From positions 1,178,001 to 1,242,000 of the forward strand of contig CP145412.1 in the NCBI GenBank assembly GCA_036867785.1: a stretch of 64,000 bases of DNA, given 5' to 3'. Under the pieces are notes generated by a model. The model ran no database searches and had not been told where the DNA came from. It worked only from the letters and a program-made list of their open reading frames with translations. Within the stretch, counting starts at the first letter, position 1. Every line of letters starts with the position of its first letter. Positions 10,601-23,159 of this stretch are shown piece by piece. The translations under genes were made by a program, and so were the position numbers. The stretch comes from Plasmodiophora brassicae (Eukaryota).

Positions 10601-10912
10601 ATCATGCAGTTCGGTAACATCCTGGCGACCAGGAACCGGCGCATGTCGATGTGGCACTCGAACCCGTTCTGGGGCCCGCGACGCAACAAGGCCCTCCTGA
10701 TCGTCATGGCCATCCACCTGATCATCTGCGTCCTCAACGTCTACATCTCCACGGCACCCGGCGTCAACAACATTTTCCGGTTCGGCTACGTCCCGTACCA
10801 GTTCTGGCTCCTCCCGATCCCGCTCGCCGTCGGTGTCCTTCTCGCCGACGAGACCCGCAAGTACATCGTGCGGAACTATCCCGACTCGTTCATCGCCCGC
10901 ATGGCCTGGTAA
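7631..10912 (+). CDS. P-type cation ATPase, type IIC (Na+/K+- or H+/K+-ATPase alpha-like), intronless
   Basis: Motifs SLLTGES, CSDKTGT (phospho-Asp), KGAPD, DPPR, MVTGD, FARTTPEQK and TGDGVNDAPALK; about 10 TM helices. First ATG of the ORF is at 7631. Confidence 0.92.
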   Translation: MQPSNAFEADAEYGRSRGVRRRGSRPSQSGSDRAPFEVTIDSQNEPVLRAPDRGVSYASNADMDHASVVMYRTLSTASALDLAAKIKKERKPVADDSGDHANQIRNISIHKVDKDAVFGKYDTSLDGLTSKQVEALAANGKINMITPVKSNFLRKLLGYVFGGFNSLMWVAMILCIISYEPLGEPNPSIFNIGVAFVLFVVIVVSTLFYASVDYKSSQVMKSIKTLVSDTAVVTRDGVKMEVDAKSLKPGDIVHLSLGQRVPADIRLVEVSPDLRIDRSLLTGESDPIPATVAMTDENPLETHNLALSSTFVVQGSGVGVVFAIGDDTVIGRIFHLSTKQTDDSTVLQREINKVTICISIIAITFFGVAMMTWGLYTNKQHAGFATLSQAIVNSIGCLTSIVPQGLPVCVALALTIVARIMAARKVLVKNLSIVESAGCMSVLCSDKTGTLTEGHMFVQGLGFIDKTYNDLKSIAKTPIVDLMTRIAYLCNDASFDESQPGTGADRPINGNSTDVAIFKFAVTHTDYGKVDAEYTRVFNIPFNSKSKWMMTVCRCEATGELELYIKGAPDVLASFMTKTIDSAGNAQPLDPAARQHINEMQEAWSRKGQRVLMAGYKKLTMKTFAAGDADFTKKFVSDNLKDICFVGLVGICDPPRADVPGAVRKMRGAGVRIAMVTGDFRLTAEAISRQIGIITSSVVDDLPQMRARKDLYARVSRLTFEQMKPSDDEPVKALVLTGNDVIELEPQDWNVICTEYPEVVFARTTPEQKMLIVEEFKRRGDNIVGVTGDGVNDAPALKTSDIGMAMGAGSDVAKEAAQIVLLNNDFASILVAIENGRLVFENLKKVSLYVMPGGSYTEMMGVITNVFLGMQIPLTSYQQVIFCILHDVTMSISLMFEKPESDLMKQKPRNVRTSRLVDWKFLFQIYCFIGLMTWLSCFGMFFLYWRWQGFGFYDLMLVFDNWKEEYKGHTLEDLNAKLAVSQSIFYVTMTIMQFGNILATRNRRMSMWHSNPFWGPRRNKALLIVMAIHLIICVLNVYISTAPGVNNIFRFGYVPYQFWLLPIPLAVGVLLADETRKYIVRNYPDSFIARMAW

Positions 10913-11194
10913 ATCGGACGATGCCCACCAGCCGTTACCCGAAAACAACGAACAACCATAATGAAGCGAGTATCAGATCGATTGCCGTCGTCCGTCTCCC
11001 ACCAGTCAGCCGATAGAGGTGCTCTGCAGGTAGTCGCTAGGTGGCAGTCGGTCGCGACTACATACGGTAGCCGCAAGTCGCTGACCCTAACGCGAAGTGA
11101 ACGTTAAGAAACTGCGTGACGGAGTCCGTGGCGGAGTTTGTCGAGTGGCACGGAGTGGCAGTCCAGTTGGAAAACCCGTCGACGCCGATCAATC

Positions 11195-11707
11195 ATGGAT
11201 GACGAGACGCGCGCCAAGCTGCAGGCCAAGTTCGGGTCGCTGGGCGCCCGGACAGGCGGTCGCGGGACCGTCCGCCGTAAGAAGAAGGCGGTGCGGAAGA
11301 ACGGCGGGCAGGACGACAAGCGCCTGCAGGCGACGCTGAAGAAGCTGAACGTGAACAGCATCCCGGCCATCGAGGAGGTCAACATGTTCAAGGGCGACGG
11401 ACGTGTGATCCACTTCTCGAACCCGAAGGTTCAGGCCCAGATCAACGCGAATACGTTCGTTGTCAGCGGCAACGCCGAGGAGAAGCCGCTGGCCGACCTG
11501 CTGCCGGGCATCTACTCGCAGCTGGGCCCGCAGAACGTGGAGACGCTGCAGCACATCAGCAACCAGTACCAGGCGCGAGCCGCCGCCGCTGGTGGTGACG
11601 GTGCTGACGACGACGACGACGTCCCCGACCTGGTCGAGAACTTCGAGACCGCCGCCAACACCGCCGACGATGACGTCCCCGAACTCGTCGAAGCACCCGC
11701 CCAGTAG
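11195..11707 (+). CDS. BTF3: Nascent polypeptide-associated complex beta subunit (BTF3/EGD1)
   Basis: Motifs RTGGRGTVRRKKK, DDKRLQATLKKL, IEEVNMFK, VIHFSNPKVQA, LLPGI..QLGP and DDDVPDLVENFE. Confidence 0.95.
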   Translation: MDDETRAKLQAKFGSLGARTGGRGTVRRKKKAVRKNGGQDDKRLQATLKKLNVNSIPAIEEVNMFKGDGRVIHFSNPKVQAQINANTFVVSGNAEEKPLADLLPGIYSQLGPQNVETLQHISNQYQARAAAAGGDGADDDDDVPDLVENFETAANTADDDVPELVEAPAQ

Positions 11708-11940
11708 ACGTTCTGACGTACGCGCGTACGCCGACTACTAAACTTGACAGACTTTACGTTTGGTGACACTGCACAATCGTTTCCGTGCGCCTGCGTCCCA
11801 TGGCCGTGTTGCCAGCGCCAATTCCGAACAGAGGTCCCTGTTGGTGGGGAATGACGGGCAGCGGGTCCAGTGACGGCTGACGATTGTGCTCATGCTGGGC
11901 AGGGGCGGCTGCTGATCGTGCAGGAGACGCCCGGGGCGTC

Positions 11941-14900
11941 ATGTCGGATGCCGGATCCGATATCGACGACGACCAGCTGAACTCGTTGCTGTTCACCGAT
12001 TCCGACGAGGACAACAGCAAGAAACGTAAGCGGCCCCCAGTCGCCGCCGTTAGACAGTGTGGTGACCATGCGCCATGATAGCGGCTGCTAGGCCGGCTCC
12101 GAAGCGCCCGTCACCTGTTACGAGCCGACGACCCAGCCGTGAGGAGCAGCTGAAGGCGTCAGCGGCGCCCCCAGCAGCGAAACCGAATGACATGACGTAC
12201 GCTTCAGTCCGATGCGCGTCGACACATCGGGCCACGGTGCGCTCATCTATGATTCCAGGTCGCTAGACGACAACCTGTTCGGGGGCGTCGTGGGTCCATC
12301 GTCTGTCTCTGCAGCCGCGCCTCGTCCACGACCGATGAGCGCGTCGGGTGCAAGGAAAGGGTTGAAGAAGAGGCAGAAAGCCAGGACGAAATCGGGTGGC
12401 AGCGACACCGCGGACGAACCGAAGATGTCCAGGTCGCGGGACGAAGCGCTTCGCTTGCTGGCTGCCGAAGACGACAGCGAGAAAACGCTCCTCGAGGCGA
12501 CGCTTAGCTCCACGACGGCACAAACCTCGACACCAGCGGCCGCACCGAGTACCCCTGCTGCTGCTGGTGGCTCTGACCCGCAAGCGGCGACACCCAACTC
12601 GCGCCCAGGTCCCAAACAGGCATCGTCGCACGCTGCGTTAGACTTTGTAAGTCGCTGTTCTAACTGGGGAACGCGCCTGACGCTGACCCTGCCGCAGTCG
12701 TCCGACGATGACGGGCTACTGGACGACATGGACGACAAACCGAGCCCATCTGCATCGGTGCAGGCGGTCGCACAGGCGCCTGCTGCCGCAGCCGACCCGT
12801 CGCCGGCTTACGTCCCGTCAGCAGGATCGACAACGGGTCGGCGTATGCAGCTGCCGCCCAGGGCTGGACGACGAGTCGGATCGACGCCGCCTGCACTGGC
12901 AGAACGCCCCCCAACATCTGACCACCCAGTTTCTGTACCTGCACCGTTCACTGCGGTCCCTGCACCAGCCAGAGATGTCGCGGGTACAGGTGCCGATCGG
13001 ACGAATCTCGGCGCTCCGCTTCAAAGTCCTGCAGCGGTCGAACCGTTAGCAGCGCTGGCTCCAACGCCCTCTCCTGACCTGCCCATCACAAGTGCTGGCG
13101 AACAGCGGCTTGCTCAGCAGGCGGCCTTGCCGGTAAACCCAGTGGAACCGATCGTTGCCCCGGTGTACTTGCCGGCCCTGTCGTTACCAGCGTCACAACA
13201 TCCAGTGCAGGACGCCACACCGAACCCCGTTCCTACGTCGGTGGCACCTGTCGCTCCACCTGCTGCCGTGTCGGCTCCTGCTTTGGACATCGCCAGGCCA
13301 AGCCCCACGCCAACGGTGCTGCCCATCTCCTCGCTGACGTCCACACTGTACCAGTCCACGACGACCGCTCCACCTGCGCAACGGTCGCTGTTGTCACCTC
13401 AGGAAGCGCCTCCAATGTCCTCGTACATGCCGTCACCACCGATAGTGCCGCCGGAAGCCAGCCGGCGTGCAGACGCATCTGAAATCGCCCGCCTCCAGTC
13501 CATCATCCGCAAGTTCCAAGACGATCTCGACGACGCCAAACGCCAGCTGGCCGCTCAATCCTTCGAGCACCAACGCCAATGTCGGTGCTGCCGCTTGCCT
13601 GTGATGACCCTCTCTATTCGTTAACACTGTTCGCGCAGGTGTCGCCCTGGCGGAAGCGTCGCACGAGCGCGAGAGGCAGATCCGAGCGGAGGAGGAAGCA
13701 CGTTTGAAGTCGCAGATGGACGCGATGAAGGCGATGGAGGAGCAGAAGTTACAGAGCCAGCGGCGCATTCACGAACTGGAGATCGCATCCATCAAGCGAC
13801 AGATCGCGGACGGGTCGGCGCTGGCATCGCTGGCCCAGGCGGTGGAACGATCCGCCCAGACCGTCGACGGCATCCAGAAGGAGGTTCGCCTCGAGATTGA
13901 GCACGCCGACGAGATGCGGCGGGAGGATTTCGCGGCTCGCGAGCGGCACCTGGTCGAGCGCGAGAAGAAGCTCGGCGACGAGGTGCGACGGCATGCGGTC
14001 GTGATCGCAACGTTCGAGAAGCTGAAGATGGAGCACGACGCGGAGCGCTCGCGGGTCAGGGAGGACGAGAAGCGCCTCGAGGCCCTGCAGGAGTTCTGGA
14101 TGAGCGAGTCGGCGTCGCTGAAGGCGCAGATCAATGAGGAACGCGCCGCGCTGACCGACGAGAAACGCGCGTTCGCGAAGCGCGAGAAGGAATGGAAGAT
14201 GGAGGTCGCTGCGGCCCATGCCGAGATCGACTTCCTGAAGGAGAAGGCGATGGCGAAGCTGAACGAGGCGAACGCCGGCGAGGTTGCCGCCCAGAAGGCG
14301 TTCGGTCAAGCACAGCGAATGGTGCTAGCGGAGGGTGAAGCCGCGCGTAAGGATCGCGAATTGGCGGCACAGATGCGCGCCCAGATCGAAGACGAGAAGG
14401 CGGCCATTGGCCGGCAGGCGGCAGAGGTTGCCGAGCAGCGACGGGAGCTGGACGCTCGCATGAGGGACGTGATGGCGTTGGGCGAGAAGGTTCGCCGGCA
14501 GTCGGAGGCCGTCACCGAGGTCCACAGGAAGGCGGTCCTGGCCCTGGAGAAGGCGTCGTCCGAGCACAGCACGATCGACGCGGAACGGAACGAGGTTATA
14601 ACGTCGCGGAGGACGGTGGACGAGATGCGCGCCTTCATCCAGCAGGAGCAGAAACGCGTCGAGGAAGAACGGGTCAACCTGCTGCGACAGCGACAGATGG
14701 TCATGACGGAGCGGCGGGAATGGCGGCAGCACGAGCGCAGACACAGCCAGGTCGTCGCCACCCAAGGCGTACCGGCGACCAAGGCGGCGGCAACAGCGCG
14801 CGCCCCGTCCTCACGCATAGCGACGAGGACGTTTGCCGCGCCGCTGGCGTCGGAGCCGGACCCGCCGGGGCACGCCCGCCTAACCGCGGAGCAGCAGTCG

Positions 14901-14999
14901 GAGCTGTTCCGGATGCGGTTACGCGCCCGGACTGCCGCTGAATACGCGCGCGGCGAGCACAGGGCCAGCCGTCTGGTGTCGTCCAGCGCCGACCGATAA
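11941..14999 (+). CDS. Large protein with disordered N-terminus and long coiled coil, possibly FBF1-like (ciliary transition fibre), multi-exon
   Basis: Exons join MSDAGSD..., the Pro/Ala-rich ORF 12212-13624 and the coiled-coil ORF 13704-14999. The layout and the HELEIASIK...LASLAQAVERS...RERHLVERE region recall FBF1. Confidence 0.5.
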
Positions 15000-15079
15000 C
15001 AAATACAGTGGGGAGGGGCGTGTTCACTGGTAGGCGGCGTTTACTTAGGCGACGACTGGAAGGCAGCAAGCAGCCGACT

Positions 15080-16532
15080 TCAGGCCGGGCTGGTCAACGC
15101 GACGCCGGCCGCCTCGCGTGCCGCGAAACTATCCCGTCGTTTCTTGGTCTGAAGGGAGTGCCCGGCGTACACGTACGTGGCGAAGGAGACCAGCGAGAAG
15201 GCCATGGCGACCTGCTTCGGCAGTTCGAAGGACTCCTTGAGGGAGATGATGTAGATGATGACCTGGACGTTCTGCTTGAACGCGCTGAACGCGCGGCCGT
15301 ACAGCGCGCTGGCGTACGTCGTCAGGCCCATGGCCAGGAACACGACCAGTGACCGTGCCAGGACCATGACGGTCGCCCAGAACGCGAACCCGGCCGTGTT
15401 GCCAGATGCGCTGAGAGCGTGGAACGTGGACCCCCAGCCCTTCCATTCCATGGAGATCAGCATGGCCGGCACTGTGATCATGAACACGATCACGCTCTGG
15501 GCGAAATTCGCCTCGGCGATGACGTAGAAACTCCGATTCCGTTTGTGCTCTTTCATGACGCGCTGCATGAGAACACCCAGCAAGCTGACACAGAACGTGC
15601 TCGCCACCGTCGAAGCGATGCCTTTGACGTACGACTCGCCGGCCGTCGTCTCACCGTTACGGTCGTTGAACGACAGTGCGATTGTTGATCCGACCATCAG
15701 GAGCACGCTGACCCAGTGATATACGAGGAGCACCTTCTTGACGATAAGCTTCGACAGGATGACGGTGAAGATGATACCGCTGCCTTTCGCCAGCGTGTAC
15801 GCCGAAGCTGAATCGAATAAAAAGTCAGACCCGAGCAGGACAGCATCAGGGAACTTGCAAAGTACCGGGTAGGTTCGACAGGCCGACGCTCAGCAGAATC
15901 ATGTGGCAAGCATCGATGGCTCCACTGAGGAGGTACAGGAGCGCACGGGTGCGAAGGTCCTGCTTAGGAAGCCGATTTCGGTACATGTACAGGGCCACAG
16001 CCCAGACGACTCCATTGGAGACAAAGTTCAGCGACATGATCGAAGAGTACAGGAACTCGCCACGAACGCCATAATGCTTCTTGCACACCTGGTACCCATA
16101 GGGAACCGCCAGCGACGACATCAGGCTGAGAGCTGAGAGCACGATCAACGTGATTCGACGGGACATGGGGGACTGATGCAATTCCCGCTGTTCCAAACGT
16201 TGCAGCGCAGACTTGGCGGCGGTCTCAAACTCAAAGAGACGGATGTCCAGCCGGTTATCAAAAACATTAAACTCGAGCGCGTTTCCAGTGGTGCCTGATG
16301 TCTGAACGTCTACGTATGCCGTCAGCTGGCTGATGGCGGTCCGATTATCACGAATGAAGGATCGGACAGCTTCCGGTTCGCACTTCATAACGTCAATCTC
16401 CTGCAGAGCGACGGTACAGCGCCCCAGCTGCGAAATGAACTGTTGCACCAGTTCGACATAATTGTCGCGGATCGCCATAAGGCCCGGCAGATCAATCGAG
16501 CTTGACGACAGCGATTTTTCATGGTTTCCCAT
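15080..16532 (-). CDS. Drug/metabolite transporter (purine-permease/SLC35-like) with soluble N-terminal extension, one intron ~15810-15867
   Basis: Spliced reading GLSNLP|ASAYTLAKGSGIIFTVILSKLIVKK is typical of DMT/PUP family proteins; about 10 hydrophobic segments. Confidence 0.75.
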
Positions 16533-16933
16533 TCCACGACAAATTCCCGAGTAGCAGTCGGACGGCGGAGCCCCTTACCGTGGCGCAGTCCGCCACGGAC
16601 CTTCTGCGCTGTTGCGCGTGACGTTACCCGAGTCAGCGGTTTCTGATAAGTCCGGCAGTTCTCGCGCTCGGTAAGTGTGATATCCGATTACCTATATCCA
16701 CCCAACAGGCAGTCATATGTTTCCAGATGCTTACCCTATTGGCGTTATTTCGGCGCCGCGCGTTACTTGTCGAACTGCACATAGCTTCGTGAACATCCCT
16801 CTAAGGAGCGACCAAGTAGCCAACTATCCGTCCCAGTTTCTTGGACTGCCACCACCCTATCCGGGAGCGATTACAACCCTGATGACCTTTCGGCCATGCA
16901 AAGCTAGTTATATCTGAGAGTCTTGTACGAACT

Positions 16934-19016
16934 TTATACTTTGGGCGTAATGAGCTTGACACTCGTGTGACCGTTATCACGAAGCAGTTTCATGATCCGA
17001 TCGATGTGGTCCGGGCCGCGGGTCTCGATGGTGACAATCGGTTGCGTCTGTTGGACGCTCGCGACTAGAAACGCACGTTCATGTTCAATGTCGCGGACGT
17101 TCGCCCGCGCTTGTGCGATCAGGGTGAGCACTTGTGCAAGCTGGCCTGGAGCATCTGTAATTGTGACGGAGATGCGGGCAATACGACCGTCTCGGACAAG
17201 GCCCTTCTCGATAATTCTGTAAACGGGGGTCAAAACAACATGGTACTCAAGCAATGAGCATGTACAGGGAACCTTGACAGAACGGTCATGTCAATGTTAG
17301 AGCCCGTGGTAACGGCTGCGACTTGCTGTCCCTTCACCTTCCCAAAGTATCAGCCTTCAGCGTCGCACAACGAGTGTCACCTTTCCTACAGGCAGGTGAT
17401 TGTAAGCAATGGCCGCCAAAGCAGTCGCTCCGCTGCCTTCCACAACTGTTTTCTCCTTCTCCAACAAGGTCAGAATACTGGCCGCAACCTAAACATTTAC
17501 GTCAGGACGTAAAGTAGAGCTGACCCATGGAACAGATACGGGTACCTCGTCCTCTTCAACCAGGACGATGTCGTCTACAAGGCGATTGATGATACTGAAT
17601 GGTATCTGCGCGGTTCCATCAGATGTCAACAGCTGGGAACGAATTTGCCTTATGGTGGGTACCTCTCCAACAGTTTCAATGGCAATGCCATCGCAGATGC
17701 TGAGCTTTCGAGGAACCTTCGTCACCTTGCCTGCTTCCATGGATGCCACCATGCCACTCATGGCCTTAGCTTCAACGCCGTACAGCTACCAGTCTAGCTT
17801 GAGACGAAGCGACACGGCGTACAGTGTGCCACTCACCTTGATTCGCGGGTTGATGTGCTTCAGGACAAGCGCCATCCCTGCGCATCACTTTTAGATAAAC
17901 GAACCTCCCGAGTTGGTGTTATTCTGTTGACCTGCAATCAAACCTCCTCCGCCGACAGGAACGATGACTGAATCCAGATACGCGTTCTGTACGGGGACGT
18001 CATTGATGACGAAACAATGCCGGCAAAGTCAATTGGATATCTGAGACGCACCTGCTTCAGCAGCTCGAGGGCCACGGTGCCCTGCCCTGCAAGTGGATAA
18101 GAAACGGATGCGCCATACGCCCCTGGAGCGATGCCTTACCTGCTACAACGTCCCGATCGTTGAATGCATGTACAAAGGTTCTGTTTTCTGTTTCGGCGAT
18201 CTCGAGTGCTTTCTCGTAGGCCTCGGCGAACCCTGAAAATGCATAGACATTGGCATCTGGCGTATGACGAGACGTTAGTGCGTACGTACCAGCCCCGTAC
18301 TGGACGACTCTCCCGCCAAAACTCTTCGTGGCTTTGACTTTCACCTGATAGCTCCCAACCTTAATTGTCACAGTACAGGGCAATGGTCCCCTGCAACTTA
18401 CGTAGGGCGTCGGTTCTGGCATGACAATGACTGAATCAATCTTGAGCCGTGTCGCATGGTAGCTGACCGCCTGCGCATGATTGCCGGCAGAAGAGCAGAT
18501 CACTGTTACTCGTGGTATTACTCCTTCCGCAGACAAGAATTGCAGCCAGGCACGCTGCACGTACCTCCCCGAGCCTTCTCCTCATCGGTTAACGACAACA
18601 GCTTGTTCAACGCTCCGCGTTCCTTGTAACTGCCTACGTACATCAGTGTCAGCACCGCCAGGAGCTGGACACGAACGACAAATACCTGTGCGGCTGACGT
18701 GCTCCTTCTTCAGGAACAAGTCGCACCCTACCGCAATGCACTTAGCAAATGTGTGGGCGTAGGCGTGCACCAATATTGCGGCGGTACCATAGGCCGCCGA
18801 TAGCGAATGCGAGAAATCCAACGGCGTCTGCTCAACGTACTGCGAGATTCGCTTGTGCGCCTGAATCGCCCCGCAACGTCAACGAGCGACGAGGCGTACG
18901 CGACGGCCACAGTGTGCACGGACCTCGAACACGTCCCGGTAGGTGAGGTCGGGCGGCAGCGACGTCGACAATAGCCGCCGGGCGCGCCGTCCTAGTAGCG
19001 TGGCGGCGGGCGACAT
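16934..19016 (-). CDS. Threonine dehydratase (PLP-dependent) with C-terminal ACT domain and probable mitochondrial presequence, many introns
   Basis: Exons read MSPAATLLGRRARRLLST...DVFE|AHKRI..EQTPL, LFLKKEH, CSSAGNHAQAV, FVHAFND, VPVGGGGL, ICDGIA and ACT DAPGQLAQVL...IETRGPDH. Confidence 0.92.
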
Positions 19017-19334
19017 TGCGCGGGGCGATCGAACCCTACGGCGCCAGCCGGCTGTGGCGCCGCCGTGTGACTGCAGCGCCGACTCATGAGTTGACCCAGG
19101 CGTCTCCCGTCCAAAACCCGCCTATGCGCGGTCTTCTAGAACCAGCGCGACGTCCGCGCCCAGGTACAAGCCCGTCCCGGCAGGTGGCGCGCACTGCCCC
19201 CTGTTGCCGTGGGCGATCGATCGATTTATATGCGCCAGCAATGGGTCGACCAACCCGGACAGTGGCGACACGTGGCACGCAGCAGCCGGGGGTGACTGGA
19301 AGCAGGCAAGCACACAGCGACGCGCTGAGTTGGG

Positions 19335-21021
19335 ATGTCGCTGGAAGACTATGAGCTGGGCGAGCAGATCGGCAAGGGGTCCTACGGGATCGTGTATCGC
19401 GCCCGTCGACTGGGCGACGGGCGCCAGGTCGTCATCAAGCAGATGCCGATGCGCGGGCAGGCCCAGGCACGGGCGGAGGCGCGCGTGATTGCCGACTTGA
19501 CGCACCCGGGCATCGTCACGTATTTCGACGCGTTCGAGGTCGACAAGTCCCAAACGCTGTGCCTGGTCATGGAGTACTGCGACGGGGGCGACCTCGCCGC
19601 TCTGATCCGATCCCATGTACGGAGCTCGGCGAGCCGACGCCGACCCGGCCTGCCGGAAAGCACGGTCCTCGATTTCCTAGCGCAGATGGCGCTCGCCTTG
19701 CAGTACATGCATTCCTTGAACGTCATGCACCGGGACCTGAAGAGCCCGAACGTCTTCCTGCAGGACGGCCGGCGGCGCCTGAAGCTCGGCGACTTTGGGG
19801 TCGCCACGTCGCTAAACAGTTCCATGGATTTCGCCGAGACCTGCATCGGGACGCCGTTCTACATGAGCCCCGAGCTGTTCACCAACACGCCCTGTAAGGT
19901 CCACGTCGGTGCTGTTCTGGTCCAGGCACCAATACTCTGCGTAGATAACTTCAAGAGCGACATCTGGGCGCTGGGTTGCATCGTGTATGAGATGCTGACG
20001 GGGACGCACGCGTTCCAGGCCGATTCGATATCCGACCTGACCGACCGCGTCGTCAAGGGGCGATACGTCGCCCCGCGGGTTGGCAGCCCGAACCTGCTCC
20101 AGCTGCTCAAGCGCATGCTGAGCGTCGACCCGAATCGCCGACCAACGGCGGCCCACATCCTCCAATCGCCACTACTGCAACGTCCCCTGGTACCGTCCAT
20201 GGGAACGCCGCTGCTTCGTTTGCCGTTCCTGACGTGCTGTCTGTAGCGGTGTGTGGTCGACCGGTACGTAGCCGAATCTGAAAAGTCGGTGCGGCCGGAT
20301 GAGATGGCGAACCTGTACACGCAGCTTGAGTCGCTGGGGCTGCGAGATGTGCTCGATAGCGCAAGGGGGGCGACGTCTCCCGAACGGCCACTTGGCGAAA
20401 TGGAACGCGCGGAACCTGGCGGGGCAGGTCATTGTCAGGTTCTCGACATTGAGTCCGTTGAAGAGGACGAGGTCCTCGTTGTCCCCGAGCCGCTGGTCCA
20501 AAGTTCTGCACCAGACGTGCACGTAGATGAAGACGGCATCGAGCATCAGCGGGACTCAGACGTGGTCAGCGACGACGGTCAGCGACATCACGACATCTCG
20601 GAGGCTGGCTGGGTCTGGACGGATAGGATCCAGTCCGATGACGACGACGACGACCTCGGAGAGATCCTGCCGAGTAACCTGGAACTTCGCAAGGCGCTTC
20701 TGACCAGGTAGGTCGGTCGCGACTGGGCATTATGAATTGCCAATCTGATGCGTTGCAGTCGATGCCACGACAGAATTGGAGAGGCCAAGTTCGGGATCGT
20801 CTACGAGATGTTGAAGTCGGCGCCTCCAGAGTCGCGCCCAGGAACGTATTCGCCAGGCGATGACCCGTCACTGGCTGATGCAGTGAAGCAACTCGTCGGC
20901 AATGACTGGATCTCGCTTGTCGATGCTATCGAGCAGGTCTCCCTACTTGATCAAGCTCCTGCTCGCTTCGTCACTGACTTCGGTTGCATTGCAGATTCTC
21001 TGGATAGAGACGATACAATAG
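19335..21021 (+). CDS. NIMA-related (NEK) Ser/Thr kinase, multi-exon
   Basis: Motifs IGKGSYG, VIK, LVMEYCDGGDL, HRDLKSPNVFL, KLGDFG, IGTPFYMSPE and KSDIWALGC; C-terminal exons end ...IEQ|ILWIETIQ*. Confidence 0.9.
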
Positions 21022-21483
21022 ATGTCCTTCGTGCACTGATAGGAAGCAGTGTTTCTGCTACCTGGACGTAGTTGCCAACCTTTGAATGTCCTGGCCTGGA
21101 TCCAGGAGCCGTTCACACCTCTTGCACCGTTGGGGCTCGCGATTCCGTTGCCCGCTGAGGCTATTTGACATTGTGTACGATAACGGGTTGGGAGCGTCGA
21201 CTCGCAGGGCGTTCTTCGACCCGCTGCGGAATAGAAATACGCCGCGCTCGTGGTCTTGCTCTTCGCGTCATGTAGTGTGGGGCAATGACATGCACTGCGT
21301 TTATTACGTTAACAGCGCGATACGAGGCCAATCGGCGACCAGAATCCATGGCAATTATATGCACATCTGCTCAAAGGTGCTCTTCGACAGCGTCCATAGG
21401 CGCCACGTAGTACGAGGTTGCAGGACGCGAGAAGTCAGAAAGTGCATGTGCTAACTGTTGCTTGCAATCTCGATATGTAGTTG

Positions 21484-23128
21484 CTAAAGGTCACCAGACA
21501 AGTCCGGTCGAGACTTCTTACTCGGCACAGAATCAGAATCGTCGGAGCTTTGATCTGCAACATCGTCATCATAGTCGTCGCTGTCCTCTTCGAGTTCGCT
21601 TTTCTGCAGAGGTACCAATAAACAGGCTGTCGTCATGGACGCTGCGGAACCGTACCTGTTTATGTGCAATGGCCAGGTTAGTAGCTGCTTTGGCATGGTT
21701 GGGCTCGATATCAAGGGCATGTGTCAGGTCTTTGATTGCAGCATCAAACTGGTTCAGACGAATGAAAGCCACTCCCCGGGAAACGTATGCATCCGTGCAT
21801 TGCGGCTCGACGTCTAGAGCGTACGTGTAATGGCGAATGGCTTCCTGCAGCCGGTCCACCTGGGCGAACTCGTCACCCTTAGCAACACTATGAACCACTA
21901 TTGGTCAGTAAACAACAAACGACCAGGTGCCTATTGTACCTTTTCAAAGCCCAGCCTTGGTTCTGTACAGCACGAAGGTTGTAATGGAGATCACTGGGAT
22001 CGCACCTATGGAGAGAAGGCGAAATCAGTAGGGAACCCACAAGTACGCGGAGCAACTAACGGTGCCGCCGGAAGTAACGATCCGTGCTCGGTAATCCCAA
22101 AGGCCTTGGTCATGAGAGTCAAACCATGGGGGTTCTTGAACAGCGGATGCTCCTTCAGTCGTTCCACGAATGTCGCCCTACCAGAAGATGATGACGCAGG
22201 CAGACTGTTAGGCACCGACAATGGCCTACGTTAACAAATGGCGTCATGTAACCGACAAGTCTGGGAACAAACGGAACCATATTATACCGCGTTGCGATGT
22301 CCTGCAGCGCCTGGGACGGATGATTGAACCATGCAGATTTTCGCCAATGATGAAACGGGGACGCTGGCGGGATGAGACTGTTTGAGACCGACGACGCAAT
22401 GATACCAAGAGGAGCATGGTGCAGTTGGCGTTGCAGCAGTCGAGACGTGTTGAAGCTCAGATACAGTATGTCCCGATGATGGTCAACCGAGATCACAAGT
22501 GCTGTTACAGAGAGCCGACAATAAGCACAGGTGGGACGTTACGTAAGGGATTGACCGTACCTTTAACTTGCGCGCCCAGAGGAAACTGCTCCAGCAGATC
22601 TTGAATTGGTACGGCGAGCGGGTCACGCTCCGAGATTTCGCTGATCGGGCACTGTCCTTCGATCTGCAACTCGCGTAGACTGTCAAGGACGGTCTCTTTC
22701 ACCGATCTCGACTTCTTCTTTGTCTGGTCGAACTCCACCTTAAAAACCTTCTCGACATTGACCGTGACCCCGTCGGTGCCCTTGTTGCATATGAACCCCT
22801 CCACAACAAGGTTGATCTCGAGCAATTCAAATACGCCACGCTTCCTCAAGTACACGTCTATCTGCTTGTGTGGCGAATTGATATCCGCTTCGTCGTCAAA
22901 CGATGACGACGACGATCTGTACGACGGCTGGCGGCTGACGCCCGATTGTTGCACGTTCGCATTCGTCAGCAGTCGTCCGCCCAGACCGATCGCAAACAGC
23001 GACGCGACGCGCTGATTCACAGACGGGATCAGGTCACGGCGGGGCGACGACGCGTACAACCCCCAGGACGGCACGGCGAACCCTAGCGCCGGCGACGCTG
23101 TCCGGGTCAGCGGCGAATCGCTCGCCAT
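21484..23128 (-). CDS. TTC14: TTC14-like protein (S1 domain + TPR), multi-exon
   Basis: S1-like exon (VEGFICNK...IEGQCPISEI...FPLGAQVK...ISVDHHRDILYLSF), F.NP motif (HPLFKNPHG) and TPRs (EAIRHYTYALDVEP..TDAYVSRG...AIKDLTHALDIEPNH). The 3' end is uncertain. Confidence 0.75.
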
Positions 23129-23159
23129 TGCCGCTTTGCCCGTGCGCGGGCCCGCGCGT

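Noticed and set aside
8036-10948. 970-aa antisense ORF over the P-type ATPase
   Set aside because: Expected shadow of strong GC3 codon bias; no recognisable motifs. The same applies to antisense ORFs at 6317-7213, 29137-30198 and 55106-56305.
21080-21480. Possible extra small gene between NEK and TTC14-like
   Set aside because: No convincing ORF or motif; likely 3' UTRs.
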